A DNA stretch of 64,000 bases from an uncultured Gammaproteobacteria bacterium. GTDB taxonomy: Bacteria; Patescibacteriota; Microgenomatia; UBA8517. Shown in pieces: positions 1-10,800 of the stretch. The DNA is taken from contig OZ246419.1 of NCBI GenBank assembly GCA_965231135.1, forward strand, positions 8,411-72,410, read 5' to 3'. Numbering within the stretch: position 1 is the first letter of the stretch; each line of letters starts with the position of its first letter. A program made the position numbers and the translations under genes. Under the pieces are notes generated by a model, which saw only the letters and a list, made by a program, of their open reading frames with translations, had not been told where the DNA came from and did not search any database.

Positions 1-66
1 ATTAGAGCAGTTTATAAATTTACTTAAAAAGGTGATTACGACACATTCGTGATAAAATATCCACAG

Positions 67-1110
67 ATGCAAATTCTTAAAAATATTTGGCAGAAAATTA
101 AAAACAGCGGACGAAGAACAAAAATAATTGGAATTGTTGTGATTTTGTTTTTCCTGTTTTTAATTTTGCGCGGTGGCAAAAAACCAGCACAATTAACTTA
201 TACAACAGCCGAAACAAATAATATTGCAAGCAGTGTGAGTGCATCAGGCGTGCTTAGCGGAAAAACAGTTGCAACACTTCATTTTAATCAAGCTGGAAAA
301 TTAAATTATTTAGCAGTAAATAATGGGGATACTGTCATAAAGGGACAGACAATTGCATCACTTGATTCGACACAAGCAAATGCTACTTATCAGGATGCAT
401 TAAATAATAGAAGAGAAACACAGGCAGCAGTTGATGCAGAACATGATGCAGATAAAAATAACGGAAGTAATGAAACATTTGCACAAAAAGCTGCAAGAAC
501 TGCGGCTGAAGTTGCAAACGATAATGCATGGAACACCTTGCTTGCAGCACAAGATGCATTAAGCCAAACAAATCTTACTTCGCCGATTTCAGGAATTGTT
601 GTAACTCAAGGAAATTTAGCGACAGGACAAAATGTAACTCCTACTGATGTGATAGCTCAAGTCGTTGATTTTAGTTCTAAAGACTTTGATGCAACAGTTG
701 ACGAAAGTGATATTGCAAGTGTGCAGGTTGGACAGAGCGCACAAATAACACTAAACGCTTACGGAGACACAACTTTTGACGGAAAAGTAGTTGAAATAGA
801 ACCAACAACTCAAACTGATACAACTGGAGCAGTTACAGTAACTGTCAAAATAGAAGTCAGCGATCCAAGAATTTCCCAAATTTATGGACTTAATGGAAAT
901 GCAAATATAATTACTGCGCAAAAACAAAATACACTAACTATTCCACAAGATGCATTAATTGATGACACACATGTGTATATAAAAGACGCAAACGGAAAAG
1001 TCGAAAAGCGAACAATAACAACTGGTATAAAATCTGATACTGATGTGGAAGTATTGTCGGGACTTAACGCTGGAGACAAGATAGTTACTAACCCACAAGA
1101 TGTCAAATGA
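67..1110 (+). CDS. Efflux membrane-fusion (MacA/HlyD-like) periplasmic adaptor
   Basis: N-terminal TM, lipoyl-like hybrid motifs ([14 protein letters not shown]; LTSPISGIV), coiled coil, C-terminal [17 protein letters not shown] at 67 preferred over GTG at 49. Confidence 0.88.
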   Translation: MQILKNIWQKIKNSGRRTKIIGIVVILFFLFLILRGGKKPAQLTYTTAETNNIASSVSASGVLSGKTVATLHFNQAGKLNYLAVNNGDTVIKGQTIASLDSTQANATYQDALNNRRETQAAVDAEHDADKNNGSNETFAQKAARTAAEVANDNAWNTLLAAQDALSQTNLTSPISGIVVTQGNLATGQNVTPTDVIAQVVDFSSKDFDATVDESDIASVQVGQSAQITLNAYGDTTFDGKVVEIEPTTQTDTTGAVTVTVKIEVSDPRISQIYGLNGNANIITAQKQNTLTIPQDALIDDTHVYIKDANGKVEKRTITTGIKSDTDVEVLSGLNAGDKIVTNPQDVK

Positions 1111-1787
1111 TGTCCAAACTTTCTGTTGATTTACAAAAGGTAAATAAAATTTTTGAAGCCGAAGGAGTAACTTTTCAAGCTCTTTATGATATTGACTTAG
1201 ATATTAAAAAAGGAGAATTTGTAGCAATCGTTGGTCCTTCTGGAAGCGGCAAATCTACACTAATGAATATTTTGGGACTACTGGACCATCCAACAAACGG
1301 GAAATATTTTTTAGATGGACAAGATGTTTCTAAACTTAAAGAAACTACACTTGCAAATATACGCAATAAAAAAATTGGATTTGTATTTCAATCTTTTAAT
1401 TTATTAAAAAGAACAAGCGCTCTTGATAATGTAATACTTCCACTTATTTATAGCGGAGTTAATGCTAGCGAGAGAAAAAGCTTAGCAGCAAAAGCTTTGC
1501 AATCTGTTGGGCTTGGGGAAAAATTAAATTCAAAACCAAATCAATTATCTGGAGGGCAACAACAAAGAGTTGCAATCGCACGAGCACTGGTAACAAACCC
1601 GGAGATAATTTTAGCTGATGAACCAACTGGAAACCTTGACAGCAAAACAGGAGAAGAAGTGATGCAAATATTTAAAGATTTAAATAAGGAAGGGCGAACA
1701 ATAATACTTATCACCCACTCCGACGAAATAGCAAAAGAAGCAAAAAGACGCGTGACAATAAAAGACGGGCATTTGTATGGACATTAA
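1107..1787 (+). CDS. ABC transporter ATP-binding protein (MacB/LolD family)
   Basis: Walker A GPSGSGKS, signature [19 protein letters not shown]; overlaps the adaptor stop codon. Confidence 0.95.
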   Translation: MMSKLSVDLQKVNKIFEAEGVTFQALYDIDLDIKKGEFVAIVGPSGSGKSTLMNILGLLDHPTNGKYFLDGQDVSKLKETTLANIRNKKIGFVFQSFNLLKRTSALDNVILPLIYSGVNASERKSLAAKALQSVGLGEKLNSKPNQLSGGQQQRVAIARALVTNPEIILADEPTGNLDSKTGEEVMQIFKDLNKEGRTIILITHSDEIAKEAKRRVTIKDGHLYGH

Positions 1788-2967
1788 CGAAACATTATCA
1801 AGTTCACTGACTGCAATACTTGCAAATAGACTTAGAAGTTTTTTGACAATTCTTGGAATTGTTATTGGAGTCATGTCTGTAATTTTACTTGTATCTGTCG
1901 TTTCCGGACTTCAGATTTATATAACTCAGCAAATTCAGGGATTAGGATCTAATTTAATGTTTGTAATTCCTGGAACTATTGGCGGAGGAAGAGGCCCTGG
2001 AGGAGTGCAAGCAAATAAATTATTACTAACTGATGCAAGTAACCTAAAAACCAAACTTCAAGGGCAAGCTGAAGTTTCAGCTTCAATACAAAGCGTTGGA
2101 ACGCTTAAAAATGGAAATAAAATTGATAAAGGAGTAACAATTGGCGGGGTTGATGCAAATTATACAAAACTAATTACGGCAATAAAATTTGATGAAGGAA
2201 ATTTTTTCAGCCAATCACAGGAAGATGGTTCAAGACATGTTGCAGTAATAGGAAAAACTGTAGTTACAAAACTTTTTAACTCTGATCCAATTAACAAACA
2301 AATTGATGTTGGAGGAATAAAATACACAGTAATCGGAGTAATGGGAGCACGAGGAAGTACATTTGGAATTGATATGGATAATGCAATTTTTATTCCCTTA
2401 ACTGCTGCACAAAAACAATTTGGGATAACAAACCCTAATGCAATTTATGTTTCTGCAAACTCGACTGATAATGTTAACCAAATACAAGATAAAGTGAAAG
2501 AAATACTACTTCGGCGGCTTAAAGAAGATGATTTTAGCGTCATGACACAAAGCGAAACGCTTTCAACTGTTGCACAAATAACAGGCGTACTTACAATTGC
2601 ACTTGGAGGAATTGCGGCGATATCACTTCTTGTTGGAGGAATTGGAGTAATGAATATTATGTTAGTTAGCGTTACAGAACGCACTCGAGAAATAGGACTT
2701 CGTAAAGCGCTTGGAGCAAAGCCAGATGATATAAGAAATCAATTTTTAGTTGAAGCTGTAATTTTGTCAAGCATTGGTGGAATTGTGGGAATTGGTCTTG
2801 GGTTTTTATTTTCGCAAATAATAAATCATTTTATAACAACATCTGTTCCCCTTTGGTCTGTAATTTTATCTTTTGGATTTTCAATGATTGTAGGAGTTGT
2901 TTTTGGAGTAGCACCAGCAATAAGAGCTTCAAAGCTTGATCCAATTCAAGCACTTAGATATGAGTAG
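1777..2967 (+). CDS. ABC transporter permease (MacB/FtsX family)
   Basis: [41 protein letters not shown], ends DPIQALRYE. Confidence 0.95.
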   Translation: MDINETLSSSLTAILANRLRSFLTILGIVIGVMSVILLVSVVSGLQIYITQQIQGLGSNLMFVIPGTIGGGRGPGGVQANKLLLTDASNLKTKLQGQAEVSASIQSVGTLKNGNKIDKGVTIGGVDANYTKLITAIKFDEGNFFSQSQEDGSRHVAVIGKTVVTKLFNSDPINKQIDVGGIKYTVIGVMGARGSTFGIDMDNAIFIPLTAAQKQFGITNPNAIYVSANSTDNVNQIQDKVKEILLRRLKEDDFSVMTQSETLSTVAQITGVLTIALGGIAAISLLVGGIGVMNIMLVSVTERTREIGLRKALGAKPDDIRNQFLVEAVILSSIGGIVGIGLGFLFSQIINHFITTSVPLWSVILSFGFSMIVGVVFGVAPAIRASKLDPIQALRYE

Positions 2968-3005
2968 GTTGTATTTGTAAATAATATGTTAGAATTTAGT
3001 TAATT

Positions 3006-3473
3006 ATGGCGGAAGATTTTTTAGTAGAAGCTCCAGGTGTGAGAAAAGTAGAATATTTGAATGATTCAAAAGACAGGAAATTTGTTTTTGAAAGACATTC
3101 TGGTTCCTATAAGGTTGATGTTATTGAATTTAGTGTTAAATTGGGAGGAAGATGGTTTGAAATGCTGAATTGCATAAATACACCAGAACAACAAAATATA
3201 TCAATTTTTACAATTCCTGATAAAAGTATGTATGGTGAACAGCAACTTATGTATCAAGCAACTGGGGATGGGAAATTAGTAAGGGCTAGTTATCCAAGTA
3301 GAGATAGAATTGACGACCATGATGCAAGAATGAAAGCAGCAGGTTTTATGACTGTGGAAGAATTACCAAAAGAAATAGACATAAAGGCAACTTTCCACAG
3401 ATTGGCAGACCAAATTAGAGAAAAAGATTTTAGCATCCCACAATTAGTTCCTAAAGGGACTATGTTAGAATGA
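3006..3473 (+). CDS. Hypothetical protein (orphan)
   Basis: 155-aa ORF filling the gap, TAGAAT shortly upstream; no motif recognised. Confidence 0.6.
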   Translation: MAEDFLVEAPGVRKVEYLNDSKDRKFVFERHSGSYKVDVIEFSVKLGGRWFEMLNCINTPEQQNISIFTIPDKSMYGEQQLMYQATGDGKLVRASYPSRDRIDDHDARMKAAGFMTVEELPKEIDIKATFHRLADQIREKDFSIPQLVPKGTMLE

Positions 3474-3485
3474 TGATTTTATATC

Positions 3486-3515
3486 TTGACAAGTCTTTTT
3501 GAAACTTTTTATATT
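3486..3515 (+). promoter_or_regulatory. Sigma70-type promoter for a probably leaderless gene
   Basis: TTGACA (3486-3491), 18 nt spacer, TATATT (3510-3515), ATG 5 nt later. Confidence 0.6.
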
Positions 3516-3520
3516 TAATT

Positions 3521-3757
3521 ATGGCAACAAAGAAGAAAAGCAAGAAAACAACAAAGAAAACTTCAGCAAAGAAAAGTTATTCTAAGTCATACACGAAAGG
3601 TTATGGGAAAAGGCCTCTCTGGCAATGGATTGTGATTTATTTAGTTATTGGTGCGGTAGTTTATTTTGTAATTTATTATTTTTTTATAGCAAGAAATAAT
3701 ATGAATAATGGCTACATTTCTCCAACTACTTCTTCTTACGTGGCGCCGAATTATTAA
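3521..3757 (+). CDS. Small membrane protein with Lys-rich N-terminus
   Basis: MATKKKSKKTTKKTSAKK followed by one TM helix (WQWIVIYLVIGAVVYFVIYYFF). Confidence 0.7.
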   Translation: MATKKKSKKTTKKTSAKKSYSKSYTKGYGKRPLWQWIVIYLVIGAVVYFVIYYFFIARNNMNNGYISPTTSSYVAPNY

Positions 3758-3786
3758 AAGCGGCTTGTTTTTGGTAAAATAGCAAT

Positions 3787-4323
3787 ATGCAAAAATTAAA
3801 ACCTGGAGTGCTTCGTCATCAGACACCTTCTGAAGAGGATTTAAAAACGATCAGACATAATCCTATCTATATAGTAAGCGATAATGTGATTGATACATAT
3901 AATATTGGATCTCTTTTTAGACTTTCTGATGCGGTTTCTGCAAAAAGACTGTTTATTTGTGGCGAGAGCGAATATCCCCCATCTTCAAGAATCCATAAAG
4001 CGGCAGTGGGAACAGAAAATTGGGTACCTTGGAGCAAGATTGATGACATAATGGAGGTAATTAATAAATTAAAAAGTGAGGGTGTACAGATAATTGCTGT
4101 AGAACAAGATAAAAGATCAATACCAATAAAAGAGTTAAGTTCTAAAGTTAAATTCCCCTGTGCGATTGTGGTGGGAAATGAAACTGGTGGAGTTAAGAAA
4201 GAGGTTTTGGAGACAGCTGATATCATTGTAGAGTTGCCAATGTACGGAATAAATCATTCATTTAATGTCTGGGGGGCTGCTGCAGTGGTGGCCTACAAAA
4301 TTACTGAATTACTTGAGAGCTGA
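3787..4323 (+). CDS. TrmH/SpoU family RNA methyltransferase
   Basis: DNVIDTYNIGSLFR, VVGNETGGV, ELPMYGINHSFNV SPOUT motifs. Confidence 0.9.
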   Translation: MQKLKPGVLRHQTPSEEDLKTIRHNPIYIVSDNVIDTYNIGSLFRLSDAVSAKRLFICGESEYPPSSRIHKAAVGTENWVPWSKIDDIMEVINKLKSEGVQIIAVEQDKRSIPIKELSSKVKFPCAIVVGNETGGVKKEVLETADIIVELPMYGINHSFNVWGAAAVVAYKITELLES

Positions 4324-5208
4324 ATTTACTGTAGACTGCATGTCTGTCCAGGAATATGCACCTGGATACAAGGTTGAATTAACAAAAAAACCTGGAGTTC
4401 CTGTTACTCCAAGTGATGTTGCTAAATTTGTATCATCAGTAAGTTGAGAAACATATTTCTTGCTATTAATGCACGAAGTCATGAAATTGGTATCAACAGC
4501 GGATTTCAAGAAGTTTGCCATTGTTGTAGCGTCTTGTGGTTGATAAGCTCTAAAACCATTAGTTATATCAGTTTGTGTTGGATTAAATTTAATTTTCGTA
4601 TTATTCATTAGATTATAGCCAGCATTTGACATAAGAAGGTTATTAACCTGCCAAAATTTACTCTGTTCGTTTGCACAATATAAAGCTGTCATTCCAACTT
4701 CTCCATCACCATGGCCAGGATAATAAACAAATGCCATTGAGGCTTTTCCTTGTTTTACTAAATTTTCCATTTCGCTTGCTGGTGGTTGGTAACTACCTCC
4801 ATTAGCTGAATAAGTAAATTGAGTCCCCATTTGTTGACCAACTTCGGGATCATATCCACCGGCGGCATGGCAATATGGACAGCTAGGATCAACAACTTCT
4901 ACGAATAATAATTTAGAGTTTGCATTACCCAATTTTATGATGTTTTTATCCCATAAACCTTTAATTGTATCTAGCGAAACTGTTGGAGTGGTTGTACCAG
5001 TTGTACCTGTTCCAGTTGTTGTAGCTGTAGTATTTGTTGTTGCAGAAACTCCTGTAAGATCTTCAACTTTTTGAGTGAGGCGGCCGATTACAAATGCCAT
5101 TAAGATAACTGCAACAATTAAAATTGATTTTATATTAAACTTTTTTAAGTTTTCTAAAATACTGTTTTGTTTTGTAGTAACAGTTTCTTTTTGTTTTGCC
5201 TTAGCCAT
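4309..5208 (-). CDS. Membrane-anchored DsbA/thioredoxin-fold oxidoreductase
   Basis: TM plus Thr-rich linker, CPYC active site, GVTGTPGFFVN cis-Pro loop. Confidence 0.85.
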   Translation of the reverse strand: MAKAKQKETVTTKQNSILENLKKFNIKSILIVAVILMAFVIGRLTQKVEDLTGVSATTNTTATTTGTGTTGTTTPTVSLDTIKGLWDKNIIKLGNANSKLLFVEVVDPSCPYCHAAGGYDPEVGQQMGTQFTYSANGGSYQPPASEMENLVKQGKASMAFVYYPGHGDGEVGMTALYCANEQSKFWQVNNLLMSNAGYNLMNNTKIKFNPTQTDITNGFRAYQPQDATTMANFLKSAVDTNFMTSCINSKKYVSQLTDDTNLATSLGVTGTPGFFVNSTLYPGAYSWTDMQSTVNSALK

Positions 5209-5217
5209 ATGCGCATT

Positions 5218-6117
5218 TTAGCCGAGATATTTCAAGGCGTCAAGAGCAGCCATACACCCCAAACCTGCCGCTGTGATTGCTTGCTTATAATGATAATCAT
5301 GAACATCGCCTGCAACAAAAACTCCCTCAACAGAAGTTAATGTGTGATATCCATCTTTTTCAAACATTTTTATAAAACCTTTTTCATCTAATTCAATTTT
5401 TCCTTGGAAAATATTGGATGACGGCGAATGACCGATTGCTACAAAAACTCCATCAACTACTAACTCTCCGTTGTTTAAAATTAATTTTTCCAGTTTTTGA
5501 TCTCCTACCATTTCTTTAATTTCTGTATTAAACATCACTTTTATTTTTGGATTTTTTAAAACTTTTTCCTGCATTATTTTTGATGCACGAAAAACATCTT
5601 TTCTACAAAGAATTGTTACTTCGCTTGCAACTTTTTCTAAAACTAAGGCTTCTTCCATTGCTGAATCTCCTCCACCAACTACTGCGACTTTTTTATTTTT
5701 AAAAAACGGTGCATCGCAGGGAGCACAAGAAGAAACACCGCGGCCAATTAATTTTTGTTCACCAGGAACTCCCAACCACACAGTTTCGGCGCCAGTTGCT
5801 ATAATCACGACTTTTGCTTTATATGAATTATTGATAGTAAAGGGCTTACTACTAAAATCTACTGAAGTTACTTTTTCGTTTACAATTTTTGCGCCAACAT
5901 TTTCTGTTTGCTTCCTCATATTGGCCATTAAATCCGGGCCCTGAATTCCATCAGGAAAGCCAGGGTAATTTTCAACTAACGTGGTAAGCATTAATTGCCC
6001 GCCCCAACTTTCTCCTGCAAAAAGAATAGTTTTTGCAGATCCTCTTGTAGTGTAAATAGCTGCGGTCAGACCGGCTGGGCCGGATCCGATCACAGCTATA
6101 TCAAAAACTTCATTCAT
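5218..6117 (-). CDS. trxB: Thioredoxin reductase
   Basis: GSGPAGLTAA, CAPCD, GGGDSAMEEA, GVFVAGDV...QAITAAG. Confidence 0.95.
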   Translation of the reverse strand: MNEVFDIAVIGSGPAGLTAAIYTTRGSAKTILFAGESWGGQLMLTTLVENYPGFPDGIQGPDLMANMRKQTENVGAKIVNEKVTSVDFSSKPFTINNSYKAKVVIIATGAETVWLGVPGEQKLIGRGVSSCAPCDAPFFKNKKVAVVGGGDSAMEEALVLEKVASEVTILCRKDVFRASKIMQEKVLKNPKIKVMFNTEIKEMVGDQKLEKLILNNGELVVDGVFVAIGHSPSSNIFQGKIELDEKGFIKMFEKDGYHTLTSVEGVFVAGDVHDYHYKQAITAAGLGCMAALDALKYLG

Positions 6118-6119
6118 TA

Positions 6120-6350
6120 TTACATTGTTTGTCCACCGTTTGCTGGTGGCATGTTTACTCCTGAATCACCTTGACCTTCTGGTTTTGGCATTTCACCTGG
6201 CATTCCAGTTGGTTGTCCTTCTGGTGCTGGTGCTGGTGTTGCTGGTTGAGTTGGTTCTGGTGTAGGTGGCATGACTGGTGCATTTGGATCAGCTGGCATT
6301 GTTGGTTGCTGTCCTGGCATTTGTCCGCCGTTATTTTGATCTTGTTGCAT
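6120..6350 (-). CDS. Pro/Gln/Gly/Met-rich low-complexity small protein
   Basis: 76-aa ORF between trxA and trxB with perfect SD AAGGAGGTGA 5 nt before the ATG. Confidence 0.75.
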   Translation of the reverse strand: MQQDQNNGGQMPGQQPTMPADPNAPVMPPTPEPTQPATPAPAPEGQPTGMPGEMPKPEGQGDSGVNMPPANGGQTM

Positions 6351-6369
6351 TTAAATCACCTCCTTAAAA

Positions 6370-6690
6370 TTAAATTCCTTTTTTGATTAAATCTTCAAAG
6401 CTTCCTTTACCTGAAAAACCTACTTGTCTACCAATTTCTTTTCCGTCTTTAAATAAAACAGTTGTCGGAATTGACATTATTCCTAATTTTCCTGATTCGA
6501 GCGGATTTGCATCAACATCAACCTTGAGAATTGTAACTTTACCTGCATATTCATTTGACAGTTCTTCTAAAACCGGCTCTGCCATTTTGCATGGGCCGCA
6601 CCATGTTGCCCAGAAATCTACCAATACAGGAGTCGAACTTTTTAAAACTTTTTCTTCCCAATCACTGTCCGCAATATTAATAGTTGCCAT
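6370..6690 (-). CDS. trxA: Thioredoxin
   Basis: VLVDFWATWCGPCK, IMSIPT. Confidence 0.96.
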   Translation of the reverse strand: MATINIADSDWEEKVLKSSTPVLVDFWATWCGPCKMAEPVLEELSNEYAGKVTILKVDVDANPLESGKLGIMSIPTTVLFKDGKEIGRQVGFSGKGSFEDLIKKGI

Positions 6691-6732
6691 ATTTTAAGCT
6701 GTCCACACTATATCTTTAAATTATTAATGAAG

Positions 6733-7203
6733 TCAAGAGATAAATTTATTTTTTGAGAACCTTAAAATTACCTTATTGCAGATATAAGAAAATGGTAAAG
6801 TCCAAAAAATGGTTCCCGCAAAAATAAATAAAATTATTCCGCTTCCACTTATCAATGAACCTTCTTCATAACAAACAGGGTTAGTGTTGCAAGTTAATTC
6901 TAAGACAATGAATAAAAATAAATTTAAAAGAGCTGCAATAAAGGTGATATAAATATTAGAGTTAATTATCTTCTTGAATTTAACTAAATATAAGTTTCCT
7001 AAAATAACAAAAATTATATTAAAAATATTTATTAAAAACGATCCACAAAGAAGAATAAGCATTATTAGGATTCCAACAAAAAAATAACTGATCTTAGAAT
7101 AAGAAACTGCTTCTTCTATTGGAAATAGAAGAGAGATTATTGCGATTGGGAACCAAAAAATTAAGTTTAAAGTTTTGATTACTCTTAACCAATTAACTTT
7201 CAT
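6733..7203 (-). CDS. Hypothetical multi-pass membrane protein
   Basis: About 4 hydrophobic segments; overlaps the upstream peptidase stop. Confidence 0.6.
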   Translation of the reverse strand: MKVNWLRVIKTLNLIFWFPIAIISLLFPIEEAVSYSKISYFFVGILIMLILLCGSFLINIFNIIFVILGNLYLVKFKKIINSNIYITFIAALLNLFLFIVLELTCNTNPVCYEEGSLISGSGIILFIFAGTIFWTLPFSYICNKVILRFSKNKFIS

Positions 7204-8596
7204 ATTTTTCTTTTAAATAATTTACAAAATAATCTGGATTAAGAGATTCTCCTGTAACGCGTTTAACTAATTCATCTGGATAATAAAAACTTCCATACTG
7301 GTGAATATTTTTTCTTAGCCAATTTAAAATTGGTTTGAAGTTTCCAGATTCGACCAACTTATCAAAATTTTTAATATCTTTTTTAAGAAAATAATACCAT
7401 TGCCCTGCATACAAATTTCCCAAAGTATATGTTGGAAAATAGCCAAAAGAATTGTGAGCCCAATGAATATCCTGCAAAACTCCTTCGGAATTATTTTTTG
7501 GAGTGATTCCTAAATATTTTTTCATTTTCGAATTCCAGACTTCAGGCAAATCTTTAACTTTTATTTTTCCGTTAATTAGATCATTTTCAATTTCAAAACG
7601 AATTGCTATATGTAAATTGTAAGTTACCTCATCTGCATCAACTCTGATGAAACTTTTTTCAACTTTATTTAATAAATTATAAATTTCATCCGGAGTTAAA
7701 TTATATTTTGATGAAATATATTTACAAAATTGTCTACTTCTTCCAATCATATTTTCCCAGAATCTGGACTGACTTTCGTGAATCCCAAGGGAGACACCGT
7801 GATCTAAGGGAGTGTTTTCGTATTTAAGGTCTGCTCCCTGCTCGTATAAGGCGTGGCCGCCTTCATGCATTGCGCCAGTTAAACTTTCCAAACTTTTTTC
7901 GTCGTAACGATTTGTAATACGAACGTCAAACCTTCCCAAAGTCGTTTCAAAAGGGTGAGGAGCAACATCCATTCTTCCGGCATTAAAATCGTAACCCATT
8001 TTTTGCAAAACAAATCCAGCAATTTCTTTTTGTTTATTAATATTCATATTAAATTTAGTATGTTTTTTAGTTTGTTTTATATTTTTTATAATTTCTAACA
8101 ACTGTGGAGTTAATTTAGAAAATAAATTTTCGACAAATTCTGCAGTTAAACCTGGCTCGTGGAGGTCTAATAATGCATCGTATGGATTATTTTTATATCC
8201 TAAATATTTCGCTTTTTTTCTACTTATATAAATTAATTTTTCCAGATACGGAGCAAAAATATTAAAATCTTTTTTCTTTCTCGCTTCAACCCAAGCTGTA
8301 AAACTTTCAGAAATTAATTTTGATTCTTCTATTAATAATTTCTTTGGGATTTTATTGTAAATTTTTAATGATCTCTCTAAAATTCTTTTTGTATTTTTGT
8401 TTTTTTCTTTTGAAATTAAATCCTGAAAAGTTTTATCCTGCCATTTATCAGCTAGTAGTGAAACTAAAAACGCAGTTTGTTCTCCTCTGTTTTCAGCAGC
8501 TTTTTCTGGCATATTAACTTCTTCATCCCAGCTTAAAATCGCTTGGATATCAGAAAGAAGAGAAATTTCTTTATATTTTTCCTGGAGTTTGGTCAC
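7193..8596 (-). CDS. M32 family carboxypeptidase (Taq-like)
   Basis: HPF, DVRIT, HEGGH, HESQSRFWEN, IRVDADE, QDIHW, GYFPTYTLGN. Confidence 0.95.
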   Translation of the reverse strand: MTKLQEKYKEISLLSDIQAILSWDEEVNMPEKAAENRGEQTAFLVSLLADKWQDKTFQDLISKEKNKNTKRILERSLKIYNKIPKKLLIEESKLISESFTAWVEARKKKDFNIFAPYLEKLIYISRKKAKYLGYKNNPYDALLDLHEPGLTAEFVENLFSKLTPQLLEIIKNIKQTKKHTKFNMNINKQKEIAGFVLQKMGYDFNAGRMDVAPHPFETTLGRFDVRITNRYDEKSLESLTGAMHEGGHALYEQGADLKYENTPLDHGVSLGIHESQSRFWENMIGRSRQFCKYISSKYNLTPDEIYNLLNKVEKSFIRVDADEVTYNLHIAIRFEIENDLINGKIKVKDLPEVWNSKMKKYLGITPKNNSEGVLQDIHWAHNSFGYFPTYTLGNLYAGQWYYFLKKDIKNFDKLVESGNFKPILNWLRKNIHQYGSFYYPDELVKRVTGESLNPDYFVNYLKEKYES

Positions 8597-8605
8597 AAGA
8601 GGATT

Positions 8606-9157
8606 TTACATCAGAAATGCAAAAATTAAAATGATCGCGAAATTTGTAAGAAGATAAATTGTTAACTGGTTTTGGTCTAATTGAATTGGAATATTTTTAA
8701 ACCAGTTTTGTAAATTTATATTAGTTTTTAAATCAAGATATTCATCTAAAAGAAGATGTAGTAAAAAAGCTATAACAAGACCTTTCCCAAGCAAACTACT
8801 TGATGAAGTAATGACAAGAAAACTTAAAATTACAAAAATAATTTGAAATAATATGGAATGAAAAATTAAATTCGTTCGCTCGCTTCGAGTGTTTGATAAA
8901 ATGTTCCAGCTTTCTGTTAAATTTCCTTTTTGAGCTTGATACATTACACGCTGGCTGGTTAACTCATAAGGCTTTAAATAATAAACATAAATCACGTGAT
9001 CAATATCTGGCAAGACTGCGCCAATAAGACCGCCAATTAAATATGGAAGGAAAATTAAATTATTAGAAAGATTTTGTAGATTCAAAAAGCGCAAAAGAAA
9101 AACTGGAATAAATAATAGAATGGTTGTAATTAAATGGAGGGCAAGCTCTTTTTTCAT
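8606..9157 (-). CDS. Membrane-bound metal-dependent hydrolase (YdjM-like)
   Basis: LPDIDH...FHS...HLLLD motifs within TM helices. Confidence 0.7.
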   Translation of the reverse strand: MKKELALHLITTILLFIPVFLLRFLNLQNLSNNLIFLPYLIGGLIGAVLPDIDHVIYVYYLKPYELTSQRVMYQAQKGNLTESWNILSNTRSERTNLIFHSILFQIIFVILSFLVITSSSSLLGKGLVIAFLLHLLLDEYLDLKTNINLQNWFKNIPIQLDQNQLTIYLLTNFAIILIFAFLM

Positions 9158-9172
9158 TTAAATCATTTTAAA

Positions 9173-10141
9173 CTAATTTGTGAATTCTTGCACAAAAATT
9201 TTGCCGTAAAAACCATTATCAATTACTCCGATTCCAATTTTTTTGAAATCTTTATCTAAAATATTTGCCTTATGACCGGGAGAATTCATTAATCCAGTGT
9301 GGGCAACTTCGACTGTTGGAGCAAGCGCCAGATTTTCCCCTGCTACTTGATAGCTAATTTCTGCTTGTTGCATACGGTAAGCAACATCGTGGCCTTCTTG
9401 ATCATAATGGCCAAAATAATGATTTTGCCACATAAATTTTCCATAATTTTCCCCAAGAACTACTAATTTTATATCCCATGTGAGAGCTTGTATTCCGCGC
9501 ATAGTTCGCTCTTCATTAACTAACTGAAACATTTTTGTTTCATCATCGCGATCAATCGTTAAATTATTACTTGGGGCATCAAGGGGAACTGAAGTTTTAC
9601 TTTCTGGCTCAACAGTTAAATAAGTGAGCGACTGGTTTATGGCTCCTCCGAAAACATTATCAATTTCTTTTTCTAAACCAGCGGTTTTGCTGAGGATATA
9701 ATTTCCAATTTGAGAATTACTGATATCTGTTTTAATTTTAGGATTTATTGGAAGAGCAATTGCTAAAGTAATGACAAAGGCAACTAAAATAACTCCTTGA
9801 GCAAAAGAAAGAATACAGCCAATAATTTTGTTTACTGGATGATGAAGAATTTTTGTGGGGATTTTTGAAATGAGTAAAGTTAGAAAATAACTAATAATAA
9901 TTTCAATAAAAACTGCAGAAACTAAAAAACCAACTGCGTTTGCGATTTGTAAATTAATTGCAAAATTTTTCTGGAGAATACTGCTTATAAATTGATAAGT
10001 CTTTAAAGATAATAAAAGCGAACCAAAAAAGGAAATAAAATCAATAAGAATTGACCAGAAACCATTTACAAAACCTTGGTAAGTAAAAATGATTAAAACT
10101 AAAATTATTACAAGATCTACCCAATTACCAGAAAAATTCAT
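9173..10141 (-). CDS. CvpA-domain + CAP/SCP-domain fusion protein
   Basis: N-terminal NWVDLVII...GFVNGF (CvpA); C-terminal VNEER, YFGH, GENLA, LMNSPGHKANIL, FVQEF (CAP). Confidence 0.88.
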   Translation of the reverse strand: MNFSGNWVDLVIILVLIIFTYQGFVNGFWSILIDFISFFGSLLLSLKTYQFISSILQKNFAINLQIANAVGFLVSAVFIEIIISYFLTLLISKIPTKILHHPVNKIIGCILSFAQGVILVAFVITLAIALPINPKIKTDISNSQIGNYILSKTAGLEKEIDNVFGGAINQSLTYLTVEPESKTSVPLDAPSNNLTIDRDDETKMFQLVNEERTMRGIQALTWDIKLVVLGENYGKFMWQNHYFGHYDQEGHDVAYRMQQAEISYQVAGENLALAPTVEVAHTGLMNSPGHKANILDKDFKKIGIGVIDNGFYGKIFVQEFTN

Positions 10142-10167
10142 GTTTATATTATATAATAGATTTAATT

Positions 10168-10521
10168 ATGAGCTCAGGCATAGAAAGAGATTATGAAACA
10201 GGAGAAATTACAATTATAAATCCTGATGCAATGAGTTTCAAAGAAAAAGGACAACAATATTTCAGAGCTATTAAGGGTGGTGTATTACATAATTCTTTTT
10301 TTCTATTTCAACAAGCTCGCATATTGATACAATTGCCGTCCGCGCCTAATGGCGAAATAAGACAAAATAATGAAATTATTGCTAGAGGGAAAATTGTAAC
10401 TTTAGCTTCTACAATAGTTACTGACGAAGATGGTAATACTTACCATAAAAATATGAAAGGAATTTATGAAAAAGGCTCAATTACAGTTGCTAATACTCCT
10501 GGAGTAATATTTTTTAGATAA
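10168..10521 (+). CDS. Hypothetical protein (orphan)
   Basis: 117-aa ORF opposite to its neighbours; TATAAT upstream; stop abuts the convergent gene. Confidence 0.55.
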   Translation: MSSGIERDYETGEITIINPDAMSFKEKGQQYFRAIKGGVLHNSFFLFQQARILIQLPSAPNGEIRQNNEIIARGKIVTLASTIVTDEDGNTYHKNMKGIYEKGSITVANTPGVIFFR

Positions 10522-10800
10522 CTACTTTTTCTTTTCTTCTTTTAACTGTTTTAACTTCCACATAAAAAGTCTTGCTTTACTTCTAGCGTTATCTGCATCT
10601 TTGACAAAAGTGCGGGCATTTTCAAGCAAGATTCTTGGAGTCGTTTTTGCTAATTTCATATAAAGAGATTTATGTTCTAAATCTCCTAATTCAACTGCTA
10701 AATCGTATGCATATTTTTGGAATTCAGCGGAAATGAATTTATCTTTATCAGTTAATTGATATTTTTTAAGCGTATCGGAGAGATTCGAAAAATTCGTCAT
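10522..10800 (-). CDS. Hypothetical small basic helical protein
   Basis: 92 aa, coupled to pth; KARLFMWKLK C-terminus. Confidence 0.7.
   Translation of the reverse strand: MTNFSNLSDTLKKYQLTDKDKFISAEFQKYAYDLAVELGDLEHKSLYMKLAKTTPRILLENARTFVKDADNARSKARLFMWKLKQLKEEKKK

Noticed and set aside
8871-8891. ttcgttcgctcgcttcgagtg as another REP-like insert
   Set aside because: It encodes TRSERT leading into the FHS motif with no sign of extra length, so ordinary coding sequence explains it.
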